Below are positions 11,589 to 23,100 of a DNA stretch of 64,000 nucleotides, one piece after another. The DNA is taken from assembly GCF_964213995.1 (NCBI RefSeq), contig NC_135810.1:99882001-99946000 (forward strand), read 5' to 3'. The translations under genes were made by a program, and so were the position numbers. This DNA comes from Mustelus asterias. Lineage: Eukaryota. The notes under the pieces are model-generated. The model was given only the letters and a program-made list of their open reading frames with translations. It had not been told where the DNA came from and searched no databases. Numbering within the stretch: the first letter of the stretch is position 1; each line of letters opens with the position of its first letter.

Positions 11589-12902
11589 AGGGCTGCTATG
11601 TTAATCGAACTTTCCTGGACCTCAGTCATTTCAGAGTCCCAAAGAGTACCAAGGTCCCTATTTCTTTAAGATAAGTAATGAGGGTCTGCAGTTTATCAAA
11701 TAACAACGAACCATCAATCCAAGAAGATGTAGTGATTGTTGTCCAACTTCTCTTGGGCTTGCACATAGCCCACATAAAACGACTGAGCATTACCCCGAAT
11801 TCTTGATTTTTCCATATCTGTGTCAGTACCTGGCAGTCCAACACAATCTGAACAACTGCAGTACATGCTGCCTGATGTGCTAGTTACTTTACATAGAGTT
11901 GTCAAATAAGTGAGAAGTCCATTGATAATTTGCTGCTGGGTGTGTCTTGAGGCTGTTGACAAAAGTTTGCACCTAAAATATTAATGTTTCTGTTTTCGCC
12001 ACAGAAGCTGTGACCTGCTGAGTGATTTCAGTATTTTCTTTGTTGATGAATGTTCCTTAAGCTTTGATTGATTATCTGCATTGGTTGGATAGGTTGAACA
12101 TCAAATCTATTAAATGAAATCTATTAAACTTCCTAGGTCTCGTAGATGATGGACCCTGCAAAATCATTCCATAAATCCAAGAGTATGCTTGGAATATTAA
12201 ATTACAACTCAGATTCAAAATGACTTGAATAGCTACAGCTAGACAGGTCAAAATCTATTTTAACCAAGCGTTTACTTACCATTTTGTTGTATTTTGTAAC
12301 AAGTTACTAGCAAATATGCCAGATAATAAGCTAGCAATTCTGACTATCATTAATAAGCAATAAGTGCTTATCCAATGGAAGTTGGTTGCATTGTTGTTGG
12401 GATGTTGCTGGTAAAGAATATATGCCTTTCCTGAGGAAAGGGTGATGAAATATCCATTTTGCAAAGCCAATGCATAATGTTGGATTCAAAAGATTCTTTT
12501 GTTTTATTTTAACTTAAAATATTTCCTGCTGTGTTCTTAAGCAGCTGCTAAGGAGCACACAACACACAAGTGTGACCCTGGGTTAGGTGCCTTCTGTTTT
12601 TTTTCAGCTTTCTTTCCCACCTGCCCTTTGGCACAGCTCCTAGTTTCCGGTCAGTGCCTTCTGTTGTGGCATATTTCACAATTCCAGAATATTTATTCAA
12701 AATTACATTAGGGTTCCTAAGCAGCACCGTTATTGTGTCCCTCCTCATTCCAACTGTCTATATGCCGCATTGTCCTGCAATGACTATTCTCAAAACAGAT
12801 TTCATTGGTCACTAAAGGAAACAAAGTAATTAACAAAAGCAATGTGAGAAACGGATCCTAATGCATCTTCTATAAAATACTAAATGATTGTTGGTATTCC
12901 AG

Positions 12903-12992
12903 GGGAAGTTGATGACATGAAGATCTGCTATGTGTTGAAGGAAGGGAACAATGCAACAAGTGACGTCTTCCACTTCTCTGTTGAAGACCGTG
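12903..12992 (+). CDS. FREM2: FREM2 coding exon 2 (90 nt)
   Basis: ttccag| acceptor and |gtaagt donor, phase 1-1. Continues exon 1 as (G)[29 protein letters not shown](G), matching FREM2 [23 protein letters not shown]. Confidence 0.92.
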
Positions 12993-13479
12993 GTAAGTGA
13001 TTCTGTCTGATGCAAGTAAAACCAGGCTGTTTAAATGTATTGTTCTTTCTGTAGTATGTTTCAGCTGCCAGATGTTCCTTCCCACTTTAACTATTATGTG
13101 TTTTCTGGTGGAAGTCAAGGTGTTATTTCTCACAGTGCCTCGTGCTCAAATTTCCAACAGTGTTTTTCAGGCTAAACATTCCAGAACATTTACTTAGGTG
13201 ATGCATTTTTAGAAGATTTTTCTTCATTATTTACTCCCTAATATTTGTATGCAGACAGAAATGTGAAACATCTTTAAAATCTTGCATGCGCTGACTAAAA
13301 AATGGAGTTGAAGAAACGCGACAGCTGAAATAAATACTTTTAATCTTTCCTGAGCCCTTTGTAATTACACAATTCCCCCCCCCCCCCCCCCGCCCGCTTC
13401 CCGCTTTTTCTTCAAATAAGACTTTCCTAAATTTCTCATCTTTTGGTTTTAGAAGCCAACTAGCATAATATATTCTCCC

Positions 13480-13770
13480 CCATGTGTGAGAGTTTAGAAC
13501 AAGACTAAAGGGTTGCCCATTTAAGACCAAGATGAGGAGGTATTTCTTCTCTCCGAGGGCAGTGGATCTGCAGGAGTCTTTACCACAGAGAGCTGTAGAG
13601 ATTGGGTTGTTAAGTATGTTCAAGACTGAGATAGACAGGTTTTTAATCAGTAAAGAAATCAAAGGTTGTAGGTATAAGACGGGAACGTGGAGTTGAGGAG
13701 GATCACATCAGATCAGTCATGATCTCATTGAATGGCGGAGTAGACTTGAGGGGCTGATTGGCCTCCTTCA
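13480..13770 (+). mobile_element. CR1 LINE 3' end
   Basis: FKTKMRRYFFSPRAVDL-like sequence plus 3'UTR GATCAGTCATGATCTCATTGAATGGCGGAG shared with 42240-42320. Confidence 0.75.
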
Positions 13771-13980
13771 AGAGTCACATGTCGGCCAGACTGGGCAGGT
13801 TTCCTTCCCTAAAGGCCATTAATGAACTAAATGGGTTTTTACAACAAGTAGCCCTTAAATACAGATTGTTATTGAATCCGCTATCTGCCTTGGTGAGATT
13901 CGAGCTTGGGTGCCCAGAGCATTACCCCGAGTCTCTGGATTGCTAGTCCTGTGACAGTACAACTATGCCACCGCCTCCCC
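13770..13980 (-). mobile_element. tRNA-headed SINE fragment (family of 15285-15685)
   Basis: Reverse complement reads GGGGAGGCGGTGGCATAGTTGTACTGTCACAGGACTAGCAATCCAGAG... Confidence 0.6.
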
Positions 13981-15284
13981 ACGAATTGAAAATGGAACCG
14001 AGAGGTGAATGGTTCAGAATAGGAATCTCTATTGGGAGTAGTGTCTGAATTACTCTCCCATTCTTCCTTCCTTTGTAATTATGTATGAGAAAAATCTCAA
14101 TATGACTATACTTCAATGCGTGCCATTGATATTTTTAATTAGGAAAGTCCTTAAATCTGCTGTGGTACAGGTAGATGATTGCTAAATGTCAGGAGTTCAA
14201 ACTAATTTGTTCATATGCTCCCAATGGGAGCTCTGTAGCCACAATGCTGTTCCAGGACTTTGCATTGCAATAGTATCTACACTTGAACATCAATTCACTG
14301 GCTGTAAAGTGCTTTGGGATGATTTGAGGTCATGAAGGGCACTGTTAATCTAAGTTGTCATCATTTAGTACTTCCTTAAAGCACAGGCTATGATCATTTC
14401 AAATAATTGAAGATCACTGAAGTAAATTAACTTTGTTGTATTTGGAATTTTGTCTTAGTGATTTACAGTATTATAAGTTGCTTCTCATTCAGAAATCAGT
14501 TGATGTTTTGACCCTTTTTAAATACTTGAAAATTAATTTCCTTCAGTGAAGCCTTGATGATTTAAAATGAAAATCAATTAAAGTCAGTATTAGGCAGTAC
14601 CAGGCATCTAACTGAATTCACAATATCTATGAAGCTATACTAAGGGATGCATGGCACTCAGATTCATCTGAAATTGCTGTTTCTATTTTCTTAATGGAGA
14701 CAAAAATCTTGTTTTCAAGCAGAAACAGAAAATAGGTGCAGGAATAGGCCTTTAGCCCTTTGAACCAGCTCCGCTTTTCAACATGATCATGGCTGATCTC
14801 AATACTATACTCCAGCGCTCTGCCTGTGCCCCTTGATTGACTGTTGTTGCTGAAGTAGTGAAGAGAAAAGTTTCAGACAAACGTTTAAAGTGTGTATGTT
14901 CCTGTATCCTATGGCATTTCACACCTTTTGGAATTTTATCCTGTAATGTTTTCTGAATTAAACAACTGAAACAAATTTTGGTAGTGTCCAAACATTGGAG
15001 TTAAAATCCTCATTTTTACTTTGAACTCTATCCCTCATCTTGATCAATTTTAATGGTTCAACCATTTTCAGCCTTATCACCTTTTCTGGCCTTCAGTCGC
15101 CTGTCTCTGGATCTTGTTTTCCGCAATACCGTTTGAAGTGGCACTTAGTAAATTTAGTTTTTCCCCCTATATGTTTAAATGCAGTCCCTTTTATATACTA
15201 AGTCAAAGATTATTCTTGTTTAATCTACAACTCCATTGCAACTGCGTCCTGCCAGCCATCAGCTGGGTAATCAGAGACAACAGA

Positions 15285-15685
15285 GGAAACAAGTGGCATA
15301 GTGGTAATGTCAATGGACAAATAGTCCAGAGATTCGGGCTAATGCTCTGGGGTGCACAAGTTCAAATCCCACCATGGCAGCTGTTGCAATTTAAACTCAA
15401 TTAACAAATTTGCAGTAACTCTCATCAATGGTGACCATGACAACTACATTGATTGTTGCAAAACCCATCTGGCTCATAAATGTCCTTTTTAAGGAAAGAA
15501 ATCGACCATCCTTACCTGATCTGGCCAACATGATTCTATGACAGTGACAAATGTGGTTGACTCTTAACTATCCTCTGAAATGGCTGAGCAAGCTACTCAA
15601 TTCAAGAGCAATTAGGGATGGGTAACACATATGGCCTTGCCACTGACACCCATGTCCCATGAAAGAATAGAGAAAAAAATAAATA
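15285..15685 (+). mobile_element. tRNA-derived SINE whose tail matches the CR1/L2-group LINE at 35083-35745
   Basis: A box TGGCATAGTGG, B box GTTCAAATCC; tail CAAGAGCAATTAGGGATGGG... resembles the LINE end CAAGGGAAGTTAGGGCTGGG. Confidence 0.65.
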
Positions 15686-16137
15686 AAGAGTAATTATTCA
15701 TGAATGGGTCTACGATCATTAGGAAGGCTAGGAACAATTTGGAGCATGGGTGCCACTTTTGTTTTATTCTACCAGGTAGATCACAGCAGTTGTGAACTGT
15801 TTGATGCATTGGCTTAGCTGAGAAATTATGATGATTTTGATTTTGAGATTGTTTTCCACTAATGCCTTTGTATAATGCCATGTTTGAAATTTAATGGCGA
15901 GCTATAGGGGCAGGCGGTAGAGATAAGAAATGTGACTGAAACATTGATTGAAAACATAGATTTTACAAACGTTTTTGAATATGTGAAGAAGGACAGAGGC
16001 AAAAAAATTATTTAGAGCTTTGCTCTCACTTTGGCTGAAGTACTGCAGTAAACAGTGAGGAATCTATATCTAGATTTGGGTGATCCATTAGCAAAACATT
16101 CAAAATCTGGTGATAAAAACAATACTTCTAAATGAAG

Positions 16138-16951
16138 GGGGCGATTCTCCCAAAAGTGCTGAATTGACGAGAAAACTGATCGAGATCACGACTGTATTTT
16201 CAGTGCAACTTCAGACCCAAATTTCCCCCACTCTGCAATGCAGAGGTCACAATCGTGAATATCATTAATGAATATCATTAATGAATATCATTAAAAACCC
16301 AGGGGGGCGGAGCCTATTCATGCCGCAGTCTGCAACTCTGGAACTCTGCGCAGGTTAGCCTCCCCGTTTGCTGGTCAGCTCGATCGCTAGCTGGCCCTGG
16401 ACCACCGCAGTGCTGCCCCTCCAGCCATCCCCCCATGGCCCGATCGCGGCCCCCACAATAATTCCTGGGCCAGCCCCGACCCCCCCAACCCGCCCCAATT
16501 GCTGGCCTCCCTCCAGTCCAGACCGATCCCCATCACCCCTCGGCCCCGGCCCCGTGGCACTACCCCATATCTCGTGGGCAGTGCCAAGGTGCCCCCTCAG
16601 CATGGGCACTTTGCCCCTTGGGCACTGCAGGGTGCCCATGCCCAGGGGGCACCCCCGCCCCCCAGAGTGAAGCACTCCTGGTGGGGTGGGAAATGCTATC
16701 GGGTCCAGCAAGTTCCGTGCCAGGCACGATAATACATTTAAACTACATTTCAAATATATTTAAAACAGATTAAAATCACTTGCCTTTCTTCCCACCGGTG
16801 TTCAGCGTGGTCCCGACTGCACCTGTTCTTTGGTTCTGGGAGACGCGCATGCGTCGGGAACGCATGCATAAATCCCACGAAATGGCCGACACGCGACTCT
16901 CCCAACCGGATCCGCCAGAAAATTTGCAGGCCGCGATGGGAGAATCGCCCC
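16138..16951. mobile_element. Non-autonomous DNA transposon (MITE-like) with perfect 15-bp TIRs
   Basis: GGGGCGATTCTCCCA (16138-16152) / TGGGAGAATCGCCCC (16937-16951); CpG-rich non-coding interior; (TGAATATCATTAA)x3 at 16256-16294. Confidence 0.8.
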
Positions 16952-19396
16952 GTTTATTTGTACCTATTCGATCTTTTCTTTTTCTCCATTCTCTCTTTTT
17001 CTTCAATTCCAATCTTGTATTGATATAATTCTGTTTAATTTAATTTTGCTTCTCATAACCAATTATAAACAATCCTACCTCCTCAATTATTTTTTGCCCT
17101 ATTATTTTGTTATTTAAAGCATTGCACTTGCCTGTATCCAGATTCCATTGCCTTTTGAATAACAAATTGCCAGTTACAAAGTCTGTTTTTTCAGTCACAC
17201 ATGTATAAAAGAGTGACCTGTTTGCCAGACTCCCACCAGATTCATTTGGTGGGAGATTCATTCATGCTGATTTACAAGTAGATGTCACCTACTTGACATA
17301 TTCTACTCAAAAATAAACACGGTTCCATATGTACAAACGAGTTGGCAATTTGTCTCACTCTGGTTGACCATAAATCTCACTCATAACATCTCAGAGGTTC
17401 ACAGGCTTAATGGCCGCTTCAACACTTGTCAAAACAGGAAGGCTGCTGTTTAGTGTGTCACTCATCATAGCCCAGAAAAGGTCAGTTTTGCAACACCAGC
17501 ATCTTTCAGCTTGATGTGGGCAAATATTTGCCTTGAATTATGTTTTGCAAATTATTGTCCTCATTTGAGGCTATAGTCAGTTGTACACAATGCATACAAA
17601 CCCATACACTTATAATTGCTTGTGGGTACAAAGCAGCTTGTTGTAATGCTCCAGATCATTTGCTCCAATGGGGTAATGACAGAAAATTGTTGTCAGTCCT
17701 TGATGAGCTTTTCACTGCTGGTTCTATCCTACTCGACACTGTTGAAACTCTGGGAATAAATTATTTACTGTGGATTTCAAATAAGAAATTTTGGACTTTC
17801 AATAGCTTGGGAATTGCAAGCTTCAGTACAGCATATTGATGGAGTGAAAAACAGTGTCCAGTACAAGTTGCATCTTAAACCAGTATTGAAAAGGTCAAGA
17901 AAGGAGGGGAGAGTGCTGTGAACTGGAGAGGTGAAGCAAATGTTCGCATTTTTTTTGGAGGAAGGGTGTGTTTGTTGTGCGAAATAAATAGTCCTCTTAA
18001 GATTTAGCTCAGAATTTGTTTCTATAATTCTGTCAAAGTACATTTTGTTTGATAAATCCCAACTTAATTTGCTTTGAGTTGTAATAATTGGTCAGTTTAT
18101 CAGCCACATGTCTGGGTGAAAAGTTCAGTACTCAATTCAGACAACATATATTTTGGTATTTTTGAAATATTGTTGGGATAGGCATTTAAGATAGAATTTA
18201 AGAATTTACTCAAGTTATGATCAAGGCATTTTGAATTTGTTCAGAAAGGGGGACCCACAGCCTTCAAAGAAAGATAGCAATTCCAGGTGATTCCTGCAAA
18301 CATTCTGGCAGGAAAAGAAAATTAACTGTTGTGTAAGAATATTATTTATTTGTCACGGACAAAACTATGTATATTTTATTATTGTTTGTAATCAATATAT
18401 TTTGTATGTGTACTTTCTTACCCTTAGAGTGATCCTCCCAATTTTGTATAATTCCAGTAGCAAGCAAGCTTTGTTGTGAATTTTTAAAAAAGTTATTCTT
18501 ATCCCACATTTGTACTTAAGTTTAAAAATGTGATGTCGCACTCTCTTGAACATTCACAAAGATAAGAAAAAAAAATACAAAGTAGAATTGTCTCGATCTG
18601 TTTTTCATGATAGGCCTGTAGTTTCTGAGATGAGTTGATGCTTTTAGTTAAGTGGTGGTCATGTAAGCAGATGATTCTCAGTAAGCTGTCTCACCATGTG
18701 AGCTGTTAGAAGTCCAGAGTCTTTTTCCAAATAAGGTGGATTACCAGGTCAGTTATACACTTATCTGATGAGCTTCATGCTTACAGCATTTGATACAGCT
18801 AGTAGCTTTTGTATCTGATTTCCCATTCAATTTGAAATTATTGTTACCATTTTGAAATAGTTTCAGAAAAAAGCATTGGGTAAAACGTTTTGGTAGGCTT
18901 AGGAGTCGGCATTTTCTGTGCCCAGCTGGATGAAAAGTTGATTATGCAGTTTTAAAAGTATTTAAAATTAGACACTCCACATTTTTAATGGGGACAAATG
19001 TTCACATTTTACAAAGAGGATCTTTTTGCCAACCTCTCTCCCTCCACCCCCTGCCCCCCAGCCCTTCAAATGCCAGTGGACATGTGGGGGGGAGGTGAAG
19101 GGAAGGGGAACATCTGATAAGAATATGCACAATTTCAAATTTGCTATCTTCAGATCATTTTTAGGATTATTCTCATGCATTAAATCACTGAATTTATACG
19201 TACATAAGCTGTCTGTGGTTTCAGGCTAAGCTCAAGAGTTGTCTCAATCATTGAAAGCACAGCTGGGCAAGCTTGTCAAGACCATGGGCTTGCACAGTTT
19301 TGTGAGGCATACAAAAGAAATATCTGCAAGAAATCCTATGATATGTTTCAGGTAAAAATATTAATTAAGACTGTTCCTTAGACACAGAAACTTGTA

Positions 19397-19523
19397 GGAC
19401 AGGATTTTACAGCCTCACTTGACCTGAAACCGTAAAATCCTGCCCTAAGTCAATGGACCTTTCCATTGTCCACCCCTCGCCCGCTCCGATTCCCGTGGCG
19501 GGTGGGATGGTAAAATTCTGGCT
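19397..19523. mobile_element. ~127-bp MITE
   Basis: Aligns end to end with 54823-54950. Confidence 0.75.
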
Positions 19524-21744
19524 GTCGTGTTCAATGTTTAAAACATATATTTGAGGCACAAATTTTGGACTGACTTCAAAATATTTGGCAACTTTCCAAC
19601 GAAGCACTACGCTAGAAAGCTGTTGAGAACATAGAGAGCAGTCAAATCAAATCTGAATACATTGAACTAAGACAAGTGATCTAACGAAGCTCACTAAACA
19701 GGTGGAATTCCTGCTCTTAAATATTGGAATTATTGCCCATGCTATTATTTTTGTTTTTCAACCGAACTTGAAACCTATCTTCCTAATGACAAATGGATGT
19801 TTGTGTTGGTACATGTACTTGTACTCCCAGATGTATCAGTTCTTTCGGAGCTACAAAAGTAAGAAGGAGTTGCATTCAACTTGGAGCAATGGTTAAATGC
19901 ACTAAAAATGCACTGATCGTTCAGCATAAAAGTACACCGATCCATCAGCGCATCACAATGTAGCCCAGGACCTTGTGTTTTTCACCTTGTAGCAGCATGA
20001 AAGCTCTAGTATTTAAGCTAAACATGAATTTTTGAGTGGCATGGGGAGGATCTTCTGCATGGACAATATGATTCAATTTTTCTCTCTAAAACTATAGTCT
20101 ATTTACATGGCTGCATTGGTCATTTTAATAGCAAATGAAGTCCACAAACATTTTTGAACATTCAATCTGTATTTTTAAATTTTCAAATGCAAAAACAGCT
20201 ATATTTTTAAAAAACTGACTGTTCTCTCCACAGATGCTTGTTATCATGTTGTGTACTTCTAGCATTTTCTGTTTATGGTTTATAATTCCTGTATTTGAAG
20301 TGTTTTATTAATGGCTTTCTTATTTTTAATTGATGGATAATCCTATTGAGGATAATTTTTTTTGGGTGGAGGGAGAACACCACAGATATCTGATGTACTT
20401 TCTTCAGAAATATTTCCTTTATACCCAAGTTCCCACTTTGTTCTCAGCAGTGTGACTTATCTGAGGAAGCAGGTAGGCAGTTTGCCCTCGGGCAGCCAGT
20501 AGAATGAAAATGTTTAACCATCCCTGGGTGGCATATCAGAGTGGATACTGTTGCACTCTGAGTTTCTCTCATTCCCTCTGTGGAAATATCTTACCTGCAT
20601 TATCACATGGGAATGGTTGGCATAATTCAGCTTTGCACCCCTCTGCTACACGTTAGCTACTTGCACAAAGAAGTTGACTCCAGGAAGATTAAGCTGCAGT
20701 TGAAAAGCTCAGCTATAAGCATATAGTAAGAGTCAATCGGAAGAGTGTTGTTCAGGTTAAAGTAATATCCTGCGTCATCCGGCTCCTTGGCATTCTGCAA
20801 AGAATGCATTTCTGTGTGAGTTTTAAATTAAACGACAAAATAATGCCTTTAATACCTGTCATACATAGTACAATGTAGAAATGTAAACCGGTAATTGAGT
20901 CGACAATACTGGAAAGACCAGTGTCCATATTTTAACTTCAGGCAAGAGTCATGCAGACAGTGGCAAATACAGACAGGAAATCATTCAGCCCTCCATGGTG
21001 TGAGGATCCAGAATTTTTAACTGAGATCTTATCTTTGTTAGTCTCCTTGTCTGAACATGGTGAGAAACCTGGCTGGGTGGTAGGCAAGAGTGGGATTTCG
21101 GGCAGCAGAAAACCATAAGCCATGAACTAAAGAAACGGGGAGATAAAAATCTGGTAATTTTTTAAAATTATAACATAATCTCTTGTTTGGTAACTATTAC
21201 ATGTAAAAACGGCATGATAAAGCTTGTCAAACACAAGAATGAAAAGATAATTATGACATGTTGAGTTCCTGTAATTGGTCTGATATCAGACACTTTTTGA
21301 ATGATTCATACAGAAGTAGCTCCCAATAATTATATAAGATGTACAGCTGCAACATTTTATGCAAAGGATCAAAAGCTTTCCATTCTTTCTTAAACTTGCA
21401 TTTTACCTTGATGTCATACAAGACCAAATAACAAAAAAAATGGGATTACTGTAGGCAAAAAAAGTTATGATTTCCACTTTTCTCCTGGCAATTTTTTGTT
21501 AACTTGAGATAAATTTTTACTGCAAAGTAAAGGGTATGATTTATTAATCATAATGATGCTCATGGTACTTGTTCATGTGGCACGTACAGACCTGCCAAGA
21601 CTAGACGGTCTTTTGGAAAACTTGGGGGTGAAATTGATCTTGGACATCAAGATCGTATTTAATGTGGAGGCCTAGACATGACAGCTGGAATTTTCTTAAT
21701 CCTGCCCTTTCAGGATTGGTGCAGGACTTCTCTGCCCATGGTTT

Positions 21745-23100
21745 TGACTCTGTCGTGACTCAGCAATGTGCAAAATTGCTCAGACATGTCCTATCCAAAA
21801 ATGCAGAACACCACTTGTATCTATTCACAATCATCAGCAAAATGATAGAAGGTGTCATTGACCATGCTATGAAGTAGCACTTACTCAGTAACAACCTGCT
21901 CACTGATGCTCAGTTTGGGTCCTGCCAAAGCCATTCAGCTCCTAACTCCTTACAACCTTGGTGCAAACATGGACAGAACAGCTGAATTCCAAATGTGTGG
22001 TGAGAGCAACTGCCCTTGACATCAACAGTATTTGACTGAATGTGGCATCAAGAAGCCCTGGCAAAATGGAAGTCAGTGGGAATCAGTTGGAGAACTCTCC
22101 ACTGGTTGCAGTTCAACCCAGCACAAAACAAGATGGCTGTGGTTATTAGAGGCTAAGCATCTCAGCCCAAGGACATCACTGCAAGAGATCCTTGGGGTAG
22201 TGTTCTTGGGCCAACCATCTTCACAGTTGCTTCATCAATGATTTGTTCATTGCTATTAATGTGTTCAGTACTATTTGCAACACCTCTGATACTGAAGCAT
22301 TTTGTGCAGGCATGCAGTAAGACCTGGACAACATAAGGGCTTGACCTGGTAAGTGGCAAGTAATATTTGTGCCACACAAGTGCCAACTCCACCAGAATGA
22401 ATAGAATCATCATCCCTTGACATTCAATGGATTTTCCATCACTGAATCACCATCATCAACATCTTAGGGTCACAATTGACCAGAAACCTAATTGGACCAG
22501 CTATATAACTACCGTGACTACAAGAGCGGTCAGAGACTGGGAATCTTGAAATGAGTAAAACACCTCCTGAGTGTCCAAAGCTTGTGCATGATCTACAAGG
22601 CAAAAGTGAGGAATGTGATGGAATACTCCTCACTTGCCTAGATGAGTGCAGCTCAAAACCATCCAAATCAAAGCAACCATCCAGAGCCACAGGGATCTGA
22701 TCAGCACCCATCCACCACCTTAAATGTTCACTCCTTCTGCTGCTGAAAGTGGCAACAGTGTGTACTAAATATATGATACACTGCAGCAACTCGCCAAGCC
22801 TCCTTTGACAGCTCCTTCCAAATCCAGGATCTCTACCACCTAGAAGGACAAGGCCAGCAGATGCATGGGAACACCACCACCTACAAGTTCCACTCTAAGA
22901 CACACACCATCCTGACTTCAAACTATATTGCCATTCTTTCACTGTCACAGGTTTAACAACCTGGAATTCCCTTGCTAACAACACTGGGTATTCCTGCACC
23001 CGATGGACTGCAGCAGTTCAAGAAGACAGTTCACCGCTACTTTCTCAAGGAATGGCCAACAAAGGCTGGCCGAGTCAGCATTACCCACATTCCCAATAAA
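21745..23100 (+). mobile_element. Decayed CR1/L2-group LINE (RT region to 3' end)
   Basis: Relic of the VPQGSVLGPTIF.CFIND region (~22170-22240); 3' part homologous to 35180-35745. Confidence 0.7.

Noticed and set aside
16256-16294. Short direct-repeat arrays (also 1232-1420) as CRISPR-like
   Set aside because: No unique spacers, no cas genes, eukaryotic context; simple tandem repeats.
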